A stretch of 64,000 nucleotides of DNA from an uncultured Candidatus Saccharibacteria bacterium (GTDB lineage Bacteria; Patescibacteriota; Minisyncoccia; Sungbacterales; JACQCQ01). A program made the translations under genes and the position numbers. Of the stretch, positions 1 through 9,621 are shown one piece after another (position 1 is the stretch's first letter; every line of letters begins with the position of its first letter). The notes beneath the pieces were generated by a model. The model was not told where the DNA came from. It was given only the letters and a program-made list of their open reading frames with translations, and made no database searches. The stretch spans positions 27,385-91,384 of the forward strand of contig CAZBTX010000004.1 in assembly GCA_964494945.1 (NCBI GenBank), read 5' to 3'.

Positions 1-4
1 GCGA

Positions 5-1330
5 ATGATAATGAAGGGTGACGCTCTACGGGGCGGAATGCCCTGGTGGAAATTCGTAGCTAATATTGGTCTTACGGCACTTGAAAATTTCATTCTTGGG
101 CTTGGTCTCACCGAGTATCATTCGGGTTTTCGTGCTTACAGCCGCGAAGTACTCTCTATTTTGCCTCTGCAAAAAAACGCCGACGGATTTGTATTTGACA
201 GCGAGATCATAGTGCAGCTTGGAATAGCGGGTTTTTCCATTAAGGAAATTCCCATTACCACTCGTTATTTCAAAGAGGCCTCCATGATAGGTTTCTGGAA
301 AAGCGTTCGTTACGGATTTTCCATACTACTCCTAATGGAGCATTATTTGCTGCACCGCAAAGGTTTTTACACGGACCCGCGTTTTGTCATCTCGCGCCAT
401 CCATGCCCCGTCTGCGCCGGCAAAGACACCCCACTTTTATATCCGCGCTCTACGGAGTTCATGGGACTTGCCGCCTATCGGATAACGGAAAATACTGTGG
501 GGGCGCACGATAACATTTTCCTCTGCCACGCCTGCGGCAGTGCTTTCTCGCGTTCTGGGCATAAGCCGTTGTCTCTGGTCGATTATTACACGTCCCAGCC
601 CTGCGATCCTGCTTATCTGGCCGAAGAGAAAGGCAGAAGAAAAAGCTTCAGGAGGATAATTAAAAGAATAGAAACGCATATTACCAAGGGCGCGATACTG
701 GAGGTGGGGTCCGGTCCTGGGTTTTTTCTGGCTGAAGCCAAAGAACGCGGCTGGAAAACTTCAGGTATTGAACTTTCGCGCCAGTCGGCGGATTTCGCGC
801 GTTCGCGTCTCGGTCTGGACGTCAAGGAGGGCGATGCTTCGCTTCTCTCCACATTTCCCGATAATACTCTGGACGCCGTTGCGGCTCTGGATGTGGTGGA
901 ACATCTGGCGGAGCCGCTGGTTTTCCTGAAAGAAGTGCGTAGAGTACTCAAACCCGGAGGGCTTTTTGTCTGGACCACCCCGCGCTTTGATAGCTGGCTT
1001 AGACGGATTCTGGGCAGGCGCTGGTATGCTATTTTGCCGTCTCATCTTGTCTATTTCAGCCGAAAAGGAATAATCATAGCCGCCCGCGCTACAGGGTTCA
1101 CACTAAAAGAATCACGGAGTTTCACCCGTTATTTTTCCCCCGCCTATGTTATTTTCCGTCTTAAGGGATATATTTCCGGCAGTAATCGCTCCTCGAAGAA
1201 AAGCGGCCCGCCGTTGGGCGCCCGCTCCGACTTGGAAACGAGGCGAGAGGCTCGCCCTGTAGGCGGCCTGCTTATCCCGCTTCAGCTTTTTGACGAATTT
1301 GAGCTTTATTTTGAAAAACCTATAAAATGA
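5..1330 (+). CDS. 5'-truncated fusion protein: C-terminal part of a GT2 glycosyltransferase, Cys4 zinc-ribbon, and class I SAM-dependent methyltransferase
   Basis: The ORF runs to the window edge. The N-terminal region has the hydrophobic/GT2 C-terminal character. It carries CPVC...CHAC, followed by the methyltransferase motif I ILEVGSGPGFF and VLKPGG. Confidence 0.6.
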   Translation: MIMKGDALRGGMPWWKFVANIGLTALENFILGLGLTEYHSGFRAYSREVLSILPLQKNADGFVFDSEIIVQLGIAGFSIKEIPITTRYFKEASMIGFWKSVRYGFSILLLMEHYLLHRKGFYTDPRFVISRHPCPVCAGKDTPLLYPRSTEFMGLAAYRITENTVGAHDNIFLCHACGSAFSRSGHKPLSLVDYYTSQPCDPAYLAEEKGRRKSFRRIIKRIETHITKGAILEVGSGPGFFLAEAKERGWKTSGIELSRQSADFARSRLGLDVKEGDASLLSTFPDNTLDAVAALDVVEHLAEPLVFLKEVRRVLKPGGLFVWTTPRFDSWLRRILGRRWYAILPSHLVYFSRKGIIIAARATGFTLKESRSFTRYFSPAYVIFRLKGYISGSNRSSKKSGPPLGARSDLETRREARPVGGLLIPLQLFDEFELYFEKPIK

Positions 1331-2472
1331 AAGTCATTTTTTTAAGTTCCGATCGTCTGATCCTGGGAGATTCTCCGGCGCGTCGTCGCATGGCGGAGTA
1401 CGGCAGGATATTTGATGAGGTGCACGTTATTGTTTTTGCGAAAGGAGTACGTCGCAAAGAAAATATTTCCGCGAATGTAAGCTACTATACCACGGGTTCA
1501 CTTTCGCGCTGGCGGTATCCCTTTGACGCATTTCTTATCGCCAAAGCAATTATCGCTAAGTCCGGCAGCGTAAAAGGCGACTTTATTGTCAGCGCTCAAG
1601 ACCCCTTTGAGGCCGGGGCAATAGCGTACTGGCTCAAAAAAAGAACCGGCGTGCCTTATCAGATACAAATCCATACAGATTTTCTTTCGCCTTATTTCGT
1701 AAAAGAACACTGGGAGAACCGATTACGTTTACTGACGGCCGGTTTTATATTAGAGAGAGCCGATTGCATACGCGCGGTTTCCCAACGCATCGTTCGTTCC
1801 TTGGTCCTTCGCTACCCCGCTATTTCCAGAGAACGGATTGCCGTACTTCCGGTTTGGGGCGAACCGTTTTCCATTCATCCGGTACCCGAAGCCGGGAGAT
1901 TCAACATTCTGGTTGTTTCCAGATTAGAACCGGAAAAAGGCATAGACGATGCCCTGTCTGCTTTTAAGATGTTCCACGCTCTCGGTGGGAGCGGGCGTCT
2001 GGTTATCGTGGGCAGCGGCAGTCAATATCAAAAACTTCGTAAACGCGCGGAGTCGCAAGACATAGCACCCTTTGTTTCTTTTGAGGGGTGGCAAGCAACA
2101 CTCGGCAAATACTATGAAACGGCCGATGTATTCCTTATGCCATCGCATTACGAAGGATGGGGTATGGCCGCATATGAAGCGGTACGTATTGGTATTCCGG
2201 TGGTTATAACAAATGTCGGACTTGCGGGAGAAGCGGTGAAAGACGGTGAGAACGGCCTCATTGTGCCCGTGGGAGACATAGAAGCCATGGCTCATGCTCT
2301 TCTTAAGGTATCTAGAGGTGAGTTGCGTTTTAGCGGGGCCGTAGGCGCGGATTTACCCCCACACCAGAAAATCACGGGCTTACGCCCGTGGTGTGGGGGT
2401 TTATCGGCAACGCAGGCGGAATATCTGGAACAATATCTTAAGGCAATGAAACTTTGCCAAAAACCAAGCTAA
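1327..2472 (+). CDS. Glycosyltransferase family 4 (GT-B); C-terminal tail reads through a palindromic repeat
   Basis: It carries EGWGMAAYEA..GIPVV.TNVGLAGE, typical of a GT4 C-domain. Its start overlaps the upstream stop as ATGA. The last ~40 codons are encoded by the TTTACCCCCACACC repeat element. Confidence 0.7.
   Translation: MKVIFLSSDRLILGDSPARRRMAEYGRIFDEVHVIVFAKGVRRKENISANVSYYTTGSLSRWRYPFDAFLIAKAIIAKSGSVKGDFIVSAQDPFEAGAIAYWLKKRTGVPYQIQIHTDFLSPYFVKEHWENRLRLLTAGFILERADCIRAVSQRIVRSLVLRYPAISRERIAVLPVWGEPFSIHPVPEAGRFNILVVSRLEPEKGIDDALSAFKMFHALGGSGRLVIVGSGSQYQKLRKRAESQDIAPFVSFEGWQATLGKYYETADVFLMPSHYEGWGMAAYEAVRIGIPVVITNVGLAGEAVKDGENGLIVPVGDIEAMAHALLKVSRGELRFSGAVGADLPPHQKITGLRPWCGGLSATQAEYLEQYLKAMKLCQKPS
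2351..2404. repeat. Palindromic element family 2 copy (ATTTACCCCCACACC-N24-GGTGTGGGGGTTTAT) inside 3' end of GT4 ORF
   Basis: It was verified. Confidence 0.7.
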
Positions 2473-2533
2473 TCATCTCGCCGTCTCGTAATATTTAAGA
2501 TATACTTATAAAAAGATTTTAATTCCCATTATT

Positions 2534-2908
2534 ATGTCGCTTATCACTCTCGGTCTTATAGCTTTCACGGTGCTTTCGGCGGTTTCAAGTCAAACGATAT
2601 TCAAATCCTGGTCCAACCAACTTGGTTCTCAAAGTATTTCGGCCGGGAATGTTCTGGATGTCTTTCTGAAGATTTTACAGAGCCCGCTGATGCTTTTGGC
2701 GCTTATTATCTATGGGCTGGGTTTTATGTCCTGGATCTTTTTGCTTTCCCGCAATGAACTTTCGCTGGTATACCCGGTGGTGCTTAGCGTAAATATCGTA
2801 GTTATGCTTTTTGCTTCCTCCATTTTTTTTCATGAGTCAATCAATTTTTTTCAGCTCCTGGGAACCTTCGTTGTCATAGCGGGCATATATCTGCTATTTG
2901 TCGCTTAA
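2534..2908 (+). CDS. Small 4-TM membrane protein, GtrA/SMR(ArnE/F)-like lipid-linked sugar flippase candidate
   Basis: It is 124 aa with four hydrophobic helices and lies inside a glycosylation locus. Confidence 0.45.
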   Translation: MSLITLGLIAFTVLSAVSSQTIFKSWSNQLGSQSISAGNVLDVFLKILQSPLMLLALIIYGLGFMSWIFLLSRNELSLVYPVVLSVNIVVMLFASSIFFHESINFFQLLGTFVVIAGIYLLFVA

Positions 2909-2915
2909 TACGGCG

Positions 2916-3040
2916 ATACGCCCGCCTAAGTCCGCCTAAATTTTTATAGTGGCGGGTAGGGCGTACGTATGTCTAGAATATTTTGTAGAGTATGATGAAT
3001 CCTGTATATAGATTAAAACTTAGGCGGATTTAGGCGGGTA
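2916..3040. promoter_or_regulatory. Intergenic inverted repeat (CCCGCCTAAGTCCGCCTAAATT / AACTTAGGCGGATTTAGGCGGG) flanking ~75 bp AT-rich spacer immediately upstream of GT4 start
   Basis: Arms of 22 bp at 2921-2942 and 3017-3038 are near-perfect reverse complements. The second arm abuts the ATG at 3040. Confidence 0.5.
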
Positions 3041-4083
3041 TGCGGCTTCTTATCGTAACCCACGCCCTTGATGCCCGGGATACTAATCTCGGGTTTTTCC
3101 ATGAATGGGTCAGGCGGTTCTCTGAAACGTTTGAAGAAGTATTTGTCATAGCGCAGCGCATCGGTTCCGTTGATCTGCCTTCAAACGTTTTTGTGGAATC
3201 TTCCGGAAAGGAGAGGGGCGCCGGCAGATTTATGAGATTTTCCCGTTTTTGGGCGGCCGAGCGGCGTTTTATTTCAAGGACCGATGCTGTTTTTGTGCAT
3301 ATGAGTCCTTTGTATGCGATACTCGCTTGGCCTATGGCCCGCTTTTACGGCCGACCGCTTTATTTTTGGTATGTTCACGGAAGTGTCACATTCTTGCTTC
3401 GCGCGGCAGAGCGCCTGGTAAAACGCGTATTCACGGCTTCTCCGGAAAGTTTTCGCATTCCTTCTAAAAAAACGATAGTGGTAGGGCACGGCGTTGATAC
3501 CGATGTCTACGCTCCGGGAACGCGGGAAAATCGCGGAATTCTAACCATTCGTACACTGGGCAGGATAAGCCGTTCCAAAAATCTGCATATACTGGTAAAA
3601 TCCGCCGTTCTGCTTAAAAAAACTAAACCATCGGGGTGGGGGTTAAGTATTATTGGGGATCCGCCCGATGAGGAGGGCAAGGTCTATCTCAAAGAATTGT
3701 TATCGCTTAGCGAAAAGGAAGGCGTTACTGGAGAGGTCATATTCCATCGGGGAGTTCCGCATTCAGAGACGCCAAAACTTTATCGGGATACCGACATCTT
3801 CGTTAATCTTTCCGAAACGGGGAGCATAGATAAAGCCGTACTGGAAGCCATGAGTTCTGGGTGCTCAATTGTGAGTTCCAACGAGGCCTTTTTCTCCGTA
3901 TTGCCGGAGTCATCGCTCGTAAGAGAATTAACACCCGAAAATGTTGCCGGAGCTATCTTGAAAGCGTGGGATGAAAGTAGACCGCGAATGGACATGCGCA
4001 GAGTTGTGGAAAAAAGATTCAATTTGAGGTCGTTGATAAAAAATATCTCGGAGACAATAAAAAAAGACCAAAGTGAGGCATGA
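3040..4083 (+). CDS. Glycosyltransferase family 4 (GT-B)
   Basis: Its architecture is GT4-like and the reading frame is clean. Confidence 0.6.
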   Translation: MRLLIVTHALDARDTNLGFFHEWVRRFSETFEEVFVIAQRIGSVDLPSNVFVESSGKERGAGRFMRFSRFWAAERRFISRTDAVFVHMSPLYAILAWPMARFYGRPLYFWYVHGSVTFLLRAAERLVKRVFTASPESFRIPSKKTIVVGHGVDTDVYAPGTRENRGILTIRTLGRISRSKNLHILVKSAVLLKKTKPSGWGLSIIGDPPDEEGKVYLKELLSLSEKEGVTGEVIFHRGVPHSETPKLYRDTDIFVNLSETGSIDKAVLEAMSSGCSIVSSNEAFFSVLPESSLVRELTPENVAGAILKAWDESRPRMDMRRVVEKRFNLRSLIKNISETIKKDQSEA

Positions 4084-4883
4084 AATCTTTTCTGCGCAAA
4101 CTGCTTACTTTGAAGCTGTGGATATTGCAAGCCGCACTGCGGCCATTTTTTAGTCAGCCGGTTGTGGCGGTCTTGGTCTACCACAGCGTTGACGATACGA
4201 ATTGGTTTTACGGCGTTTCTCCCGGTGCTTTCCGGCAGCAGATGGAATACCTAAAGCGTTACTGCCGGCCGGTTACATTCCAAGAAGTAGTAAGTTATGC
4301 CAAAGGTGAGATAAAACTTTCTCCGCGCTCCGTGGCTGTAACCTTTGATGACGGTTATGCCAATGTGGTGGAGGCGGCCTTTCCCGTTTTAAGGGATTAC
4401 GGCATACCCATGACCATATTTTTGACAACCTCTCCGGAGGCCAACCGAAAAGAACTGGACAACTCTTTCCCCATAGCAAGCTGGGACCAAATTCGCGACA
4501 TGGCGCGCTCCGGGCTTGTAACCGTGGGCGCTCACGGGGCTACGCATGTCCGCTTGGACACTATTCCCCCGGAGTTGCTGGAGCGGGAAATATACGAGTC
4601 GCAAAGAACAATTGAAAAAGAATTGGATGGTCCCCCCAAGTTCTTTGCTTACCCTAAGGGGTTATTTTCAAAAGAAGTGGTTGAAGCCGTTAAGCGTCAC
4701 GGCTTTGAAGCCGCGGCTGCCGCCAAGCAGGGCATAGTCCGACCGGGCGATGACCCTTATGCCATAAAAAGAGTGGCGGTGCACCGCGGCATCGGCGAGT
4801 GGGAATTTAAGGCGCGGCTTACGGCGGCCATTGATTGGATAACGTATTGGTGGGTATTATATCAGCGTCTTATTTCAAGATAA
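4080..4883 (+). CDS. Polysaccharide deacetylase (NodB-homology, CE4)
   Basis: It carries VTFDDGY...HGATH, the NodB motifs. Its start overlaps the upstream stop as ATGA. Confidence 0.7.
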   Translation: MKSFLRKLLTLKLWILQAALRPFFSQPVVAVLVYHSVDDTNWFYGVSPGAFRQQMEYLKRYCRPVTFQEVVSYAKGEIKLSPRSVAVTFDDGYANVVEAAFPVLRDYGIPMTIFLTTSPEANRKELDNSFPIASWDQIRDMARSGLVTVGAHGATHVRLDTIPPELLEREIYESQRTIEKELDGPPKFFAYPKGLFSKEVVEAVKRHGFEAAAAAKQGIVRPGDDPYAIKRVAVHRGIGEWEFKARLTAAIDWITYWWVLYQRLISR

Positions 4884-4887
4884 GTTT

Positions 4888-5736
4888 ATGGGGGGAATAC
4901 CGGCTTCAGTGAGCATTCTTACGTTTAACTCTGCCACGACTTTGCCGCGGGCGCTTGAATCCCTGAAAGATTTTGATGAGATCATTGTTTGTGATGGAGG
5001 CAGTACCGACGGAACATTAGCCATTGCCGAAAAATACGGCTCCAAGGTAATCTTTCAAAACGCAAAGTATAAAAATGCCGACGGCACAATTCGTGATTAT
5101 GCCGGAGTGCGTAACCAGTGTTTGGGTGCCGCAGAACATGACTGGTTCTTCTATTTGGATTCCGACGAGGTCATAACTCCCGAGCTGTGCGATGAGATCC
5201 GCGATATTATTGCTTCTCTCCCCAGTGTTCTTATATATGAAGTGAGTTTTGAGATGGAATTACCAGGCCGTTTGGTGCGTGAAAGTGCCGCCCTGCCGAG
5301 TTATCAATTGAGATTTTTCAACATCATGACGGGTGCGCGATTTACCAAAGAAGTCCATGAAAAGATTGTTTTTGACAGAAAGAAGTATAAAGTGGGCCGG
5401 CTTAAAGGCAAATGGCGCGTGATCTGGAACGAAGATAGAGTAAGGAACTACTGGAAGAGGGCCGACCGTTATCTGGCTATGGAGGTGCGCCGTCTCGGCC
5501 ATCAGACATTCCCGGAATTCATCGGGTTTGCTTTTGGGAACATACTGCAAATTGGTAAGCGAGCGTCAAAAATCGCCATTAATCTTTTGCGTTTGCCCGT
5601 GCGGTCGCGGATGCCCATACGCTTGGAACTCTACAGCATTGGCTATGCCGCCAAACTGATGTATCTTATGGCTAAAAAAGGGTTTACCCCCACACCCAAG
5701 AATACTTCACCCTTCAAGGTGAGGATGAGTAGATGA
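4888..5736 (+). CDS. Glycosyltransferase family 2 (GT-A)
   Basis: It carries ILTFNSATTLPRALESL...DGGSTDGT...YLDSDE, the DxD region. The C-terminal codons run into the palindromic repeat. Confidence 0.65.
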   Translation: MGGIPASVSILTFNSATTLPRALESLKDFDEIIVCDGGSTDGTLAIAEKYGSKVIFQNAKYKNADGTIRDYAGVRNQCLGAAEHDWFFYLDSDEVITPELCDEIRDIIASLPSVLIYEVSFEMELPGRLVRESAALPSYQLRFFNIMTGARFTKEVHEKIVFDRKKYKVGRLKGKWRVIWNEDRVRNYWKRADRYLAMEVRRLGHQTFPEFIGFAFGNILQIGKRASKIAINLLRLPVRSRMPIRLELYSIGYAAKLMYLMAKKGFTPTPKNTSPFKVRMSR

Positions 5737-5789
5737 TTAAATTTTCCCCCCAAATGCCCCATCTTTTAGGATGAGGTGTGGGGGTTTAC
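5683..5789. repeat. Palindromic element family 2 copy (GTTTACCCCCACACC ... GGTGTGGGGGTTTAC) spanning GT2 stop and AsnB-like start
   Basis: It was verified. Confidence 0.65.
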
Positions 5790-5794
5790 AAAAC

Positions 5795-7153
5795 ATGCAT
5801 AACTTACGCAATAATTTTGAAGGCGACCGATTGCTGTGGCACGACGAGGCGCGTAAGTTGCCGTTAATTTACGATTTTTTTGAGGCGCATAAGGCGATAG
5901 ACGTTTTTTCCATTTTTGATTTCATCCTTTACGGCGCGGTACTTCCGCCCCATGCCCCGCTTTTGGGCGTAAGGCAGCTTTTCCCGGGAGAGATGATCAA
6001 AAACGGAGAGAGAACCAATGAATACGTCAATCTTGATCTTACAGTGCGGCCGCGGAACATCGCGACTATGGCCGCCGAGTTCCAGAAACTCCTCGCGGAA
6101 TATTTTGCTTCGTTCCATGACACGGAGTCAGCCGTTTTGCTGTCCGGCGGCATTGATTCGGCTATCATAGCGAGCTTCTTGGGGTCAAGGGCGACAGCGT
6201 TCACTTGGGGCGGTTGGGGCGAACAATCCACCGATGTCCGCTACGCGAAAGAAACCAGAAAAACTTTTGGCTTGAAAGAACATCATTTCGTTTACGCCGA
6301 CTACAAAAAAGACCATGAGGGATACCGTAAAGCAGTTGAAGCGCTTGGCATACCTCTGCTTTTCCACAATGCGGTGCCCCATATAAGATTAGCTCAAGCC
6401 GCGGCGGAGCGCGGCGTCAAGAGCTGGTTTATGGGGCAGAACGCCGACACGGTGCTGGTTTCTTACCCGGCGCCGATAATCATAAGACGTCTCATAAGAT
6501 TGAAGAAAATTCTGCCGATAAATCCGCTTCATCTGTGGAAACGCAAAGGATTTTTGTTCTCTACCGCCAGCGTTGTTCGTCTTTTTGCCTACTTTAAGTC
6601 ATCCGGCGTTTTTCCGGGGCCTTGGATAAAAGTTCCTCATGGCTACTTTGAGGAAAAGGAAGAGATCATGCGGCGCTACGTGCCGCGCGGCACGCTGATG
6701 CAGAAAATAATCTTAATAGAAGAGCTTCTGACCGAAGCGAGGCGAAACCAGATACATCAAAACGAGATACCGCGGCTCTATAATATAGACGTTCGTTGCC
6801 CGTACTACACCAGAAAATTCATAGAGTTCGCTCTCTCTTTGCCGGATGGGGCGCGGAGAAAAGACCATTACGGCAAGGCGGTTTTCAAGGAACTGGCGCG
6901 CCTTAGGGGCGTACCCGATGTTGTCATAGAAAAAGGCAAAAAGGGCCTTTCCTACGGCTACAAGGAATTCATGGCCCGCAAGATGCATATCCCCATTTGG
7001 GACGTTATGGAAAAAGATGATTTCATGAACCACTTTCTTGATATGAGAAAGGCAAGAGCCGCCCTGCAGGATAATTTTCTGGCGTTTGACGTGCTGCGCA
7101 GTCTTTACTCTTGGGGAGAATGGGTTGCCAAAAAACGCGGATTAAAATTATAA
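5795..7153 (+). CDS. Asparagine-synthetase-like PP-loop amidotransferase lacking the N-terminal glutaminase (Ntn) domain
   Basis: It carries SGGIDS, the PP-loop, and an AsnB C-domain-like body. The ORF as listed starts at 5771 (MRCGG), but those codons are the repeat element. The start was therefore placed at the Met at 5795. Confidence 0.6.
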   Translation: MHNLRNNFEGDRLLWHDEARKLPLIYDFFEAHKAIDVFSIFDFILYGAVLPPHAPLLGVRQLFPGEMIKNGERTNEYVNLDLTVRPRNIATMAAEFQKLLAEYFASFHDTESAVLLSGGIDSAIIASFLGSRATAFTWGGWGEQSTDVRYAKETRKTFGLKEHHFVYADYKKDHEGYRKAVEALGIPLLFHNAVPHIRLAQAAAERGVKSWFMGQNADTVLVSYPAPIIIRRLIRLKKILPINPLHLWKRKGFLFSTASVVRLFAYFKSSGVFPGPWIKVPHGYFEEKEEIMRRYVPRGTLMQKIILIEELLTEARRNQIHQNEIPRLYNIDVRCPYYTRKFIEFALSLPDGARRKDHYGKAVFKELARLRGVPDVVIEKGKKGLSYGYKEFMARKMHIPIWDVMEKDDFMNHFLDMRKARAALQDNFLAFDVLRSLYSWGEWVAKKRGLKL

Positions 7154-7158
7154 CGCGT

Positions 7159-8286
7159 ATGCGTCTTATATATATAGCGTCAGCCCGTATTCCCACCGAA
7201 AAAGCGCACGGGCTTCAAATTATGAAAATGTGCGAAGCGCTGGCCGGCGCCGGCGCGGAAATTGAGCTTTGGACGGCGCGGAGGGAGTCAAGCGTCAAAT
7301 CCGACCCTTTCGCTTATTATGGTCTTAAGGCGCGTTTTCCCATACGGCGTTTCTTTGTCCTTGATTGGTTCTGGTTGCCGCGCTATTTGGGCTTCGGTCT
7401 TTTTGAGCTGACGTTCGCGCTCGGAATTCTCGCGGCCGCCGCGTTGCGTAAAGATGAAACCGTATATTACTCGCGCGACATCATGTCAGCCGCAATGCTC
7501 TCGCTCGCGGGCAAGAAAATATATCTTGAGCTTCACGACATCCCGCGTTCTCTAGCCGGTCTAAGGCTCGTATGGAAAAGGATAACGGGCATGGTCGCTA
7601 TCAGTTCCGGCATCGCCGCGGCGCTTGAGAAAAAAGGTTTCTCATCTTCCAAAATTAAGGTGTTACGCGACGGATTTGACGCCTCGCTTTTTCGTAGTTT
7701 ACCCAAAGAAGAAGCCAGACGACTTCTGGAACTTCCGGCCATGATGCGTATAGTTATTTACTGCGGGAGTGCGGAACCCTGGAAGGGGGTCTATACGCTT
7801 CTGGGCGCGGCTAGGACTTTTAAGGGGGAAGCCGAGTTCTATTTTATATTGGCGGGGGATAAGAAACTTGCCGAAGACTTTAAGCGCAAGGCCGAAAAAA
7901 TCCCCCATGTTAAGATATTGATGCAACGTCCCCATAGCGAGATACCTATGTGGCTTGCAGCGGCTGACGTGGCTGTTATCCCTAATCTGCCGGGTAAGGA
8001 AATTTCCCGGCTCTACACTTCACCTTTAAAGCTCTTTGAAGCGATGGCGGCCGGCAAACCTATTGTGGCCTCGCGGCTTCCTTCAATTACCGAGATACTT
8101 AACGACAATAACAGTTTTCTTTTTGAAGCGGGGGACCCGGTCTCACTTGCATCCACCGTTAAAGAAGCGCTTCGCGATATTGAGCGAGCGAGTGCTAGAG
8201 GAAACATGGCGATGTCCAAGAGCGTTAACTACAGCTGGGCGGCCAGAGCCGGGGAGCTTGTAAATTTCATAAGAGAAAAAGCGTAA
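7159..8286 (+). CDS. Glycosyltransferase family 4 (GT-B)
   Basis: It has the PTEKAHGLQI N-domain and a GT4-like C-terminus. The start was chosen at MRLIYIA to remove overlap with the upstream gene. Confidence 0.6.
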   Translation: MRLIYIASARIPTEKAHGLQIMKMCEALAGAGAEIELWTARRESSVKSDPFAYYGLKARFPIRRFFVLDWFWLPRYLGFGLFELTFALGILAAAALRKDETVYYSRDIMSAAMLSLAGKKIYLELHDIPRSLAGLRLVWKRITGMVAISSGIAAALEKKGFSSSKIKVLRDGFDASLFRSLPKEEARRLLELPAMMRIVIYCGSAEPWKGVYTLLGAARTFKGEAEFYFILAGDKKLAEDFKRKAEKIPHVKILMQRPHSEIPMWLAAADVAVIPNLPGKEISRLYTSPLKLFEAMAAGKPIVASRLPSITEILNDNNSFLFEAGDPVSLASTVKEALRDIERASARGNMAMSKSVNYSWAARAGELVNFIREKA

Positions 8287-8354
8287 ATTGGACAAATACG
8301 AGCTATGAATGAGGAAGTATTCCGGCTAAATATTTCAAGGGTTAAATGGGCTGA

Positions 8355-8423
8355 TTTACTGAAAGCGAGAATACCACTTCAATTTTGCTGGAAGTTTACT
8401 GAAAGCCAGAGTAACACTTCAAT
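8355..8423. promoter_or_regulatory. Imperfect 29-bp tandem direct repeats (TTTACTGAAAGCGAGAATACCACTTCAAT / TTTACTGAAAGCCAGAGTAACACTTCAAT) upstream of GT gene
   Basis: It was read from the sequence. The repeat starts are 40 bp apart. Confidence 0.55.
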
Positions 8424-8498
8424 ACTGTACAGTATTTAAGTGAAGGGGATGCGATGTAGGCATGGGATGCGGTTTAAGCATTTAAGTACAAAATCAGT

Positions 8499-9611
8499 TT
8501 GAGTATAAAATCAGAAAGTATGTCAGAAAGCATGAAGGCATTTATTGTTACACGGAACGCTCCGGGAAAGGATTTTATCGGCGGCGCCGAGCTGCAGGCG
8601 TGGCTTATCACGAAATACTTGCGTAAGGATTATGGGTGGGAAACACTGTATGTCGCGCTGGAAGGCGAAACAGTGGGCAAAGAAACCAGAGACGACGCCG
8701 AGTTTTGTTATCTTTCAAGTAAAGGTGAAGAATTTTGGAGAAGTTTCCGCCGTTTCAGTGAACTCATTCGTGAAGAAAAGCCAGACCTTTGTTATATACG
8801 GGATTTTCGCTATCTCTTCCCGCTTGCTGTTGTGGCATGGATGCGGGGCATCCCAGTCGTATACAACACGACTCACGAAAAGAATCTTTATTTTTATTGC
8901 GGCTGGCAGGGCGTAAAGGGAACTCTTTTGCACGCTTTGTCTTTTATTGCACTCCATTTCGTGACCGTTATCACCAATAATGAGTCGCATGCCAAGAATC
9001 TGGCGACCCGCGGCATTAAAGCCACCGCCATCATGAACAGCATTGAGGACAATTATCGCGAGGGTATCGCCAAGAAAAAGCGCGTGGTATGGGTTGCTAA
9101 CTTAAAACCGAGAAAACGCCCCGAGCTTTTTATTGAATTGGCAGGACGTTTTCGCGGCTCCGGTTATGAATTTGTGATGATCGGTCATCTTCAGGCGGAT
9201 ACCGCGCGGTACCTGCGCTTGATAGACGAGGAAAGTACCTACAATCCCAATTTCCGTTATATGGGCGGGTTATCTTTGCACGAGGTTGACGAAATTCTGG
9301 CAGAATCAGAGATCTTTGTTTCCACCTGCAAACCGGAAGGATTTCCCAATAACATCATTCAAGCCTGTTTCGCTAAATGTGTTATCGTCAGTTTCAATTA
9401 CGACCCTGATGGAGTTCTGCGCCGTTACGCCGCGGGCTACGTTCCCAAGACATTTGATAGCATGGTTGAAGTAATTCAAAATCTTATGGCGGGGAATGCG
9501 GACAAGGAAATGGCGGAGCGGGCTCGGGCTTATGCTTTGGAACATCACTCCATCAGGCGGAATATGGCCCGCTTTAACGATGTTTTCCAAAATATAGCAG
9601 CGTCCCGATGA
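8499..9611 (+). CDS. GT-B fold glycosyltransferase (GT1/GT4-like)
   Basis: The N-terminal motif GGAE...L...L is typical of GT4. The protein is 370 aa. Confidence 0.5.
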   Translation: MSIKSESMSESMKAFIVTRNAPGKDFIGGAELQAWLITKYLRKDYGWETLYVALEGETVGKETRDDAEFCYLSSKGEEFWRSFRRFSELIREEKPDLCYIRDFRYLFPLAVVAWMRGIPVVYNTTHEKNLYFYCGWQGVKGTLLHALSFIALHFVTVITNNESHAKNLATRGIKATAIMNSIEDNYREGIAKKKRVVWVANLKPRKRPELFIELAGRFRGSGYEFVMIGHLQADTARYLRLIDEESTYNPNFRYMGGLSLHEVDEILAESEIFVSTCKPEGFPNNIIQACFAKCVIVSFNYDPDGVLRRYAAGYVPKTFDSMVEVIQNLMAGNADKEMAERARAYALEHHSIRRNMARFNDVFQNIAASR

Positions 9612-9621
9612 CGTAATTCGC

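Noticed and set aside
8545-8990. Overlapping alternative-frame and antisense ORFs within the 8499-9611 glycosyltransferase.
   Set aside because: They are embedded in a longer, better-supported frame and are probably spurious.
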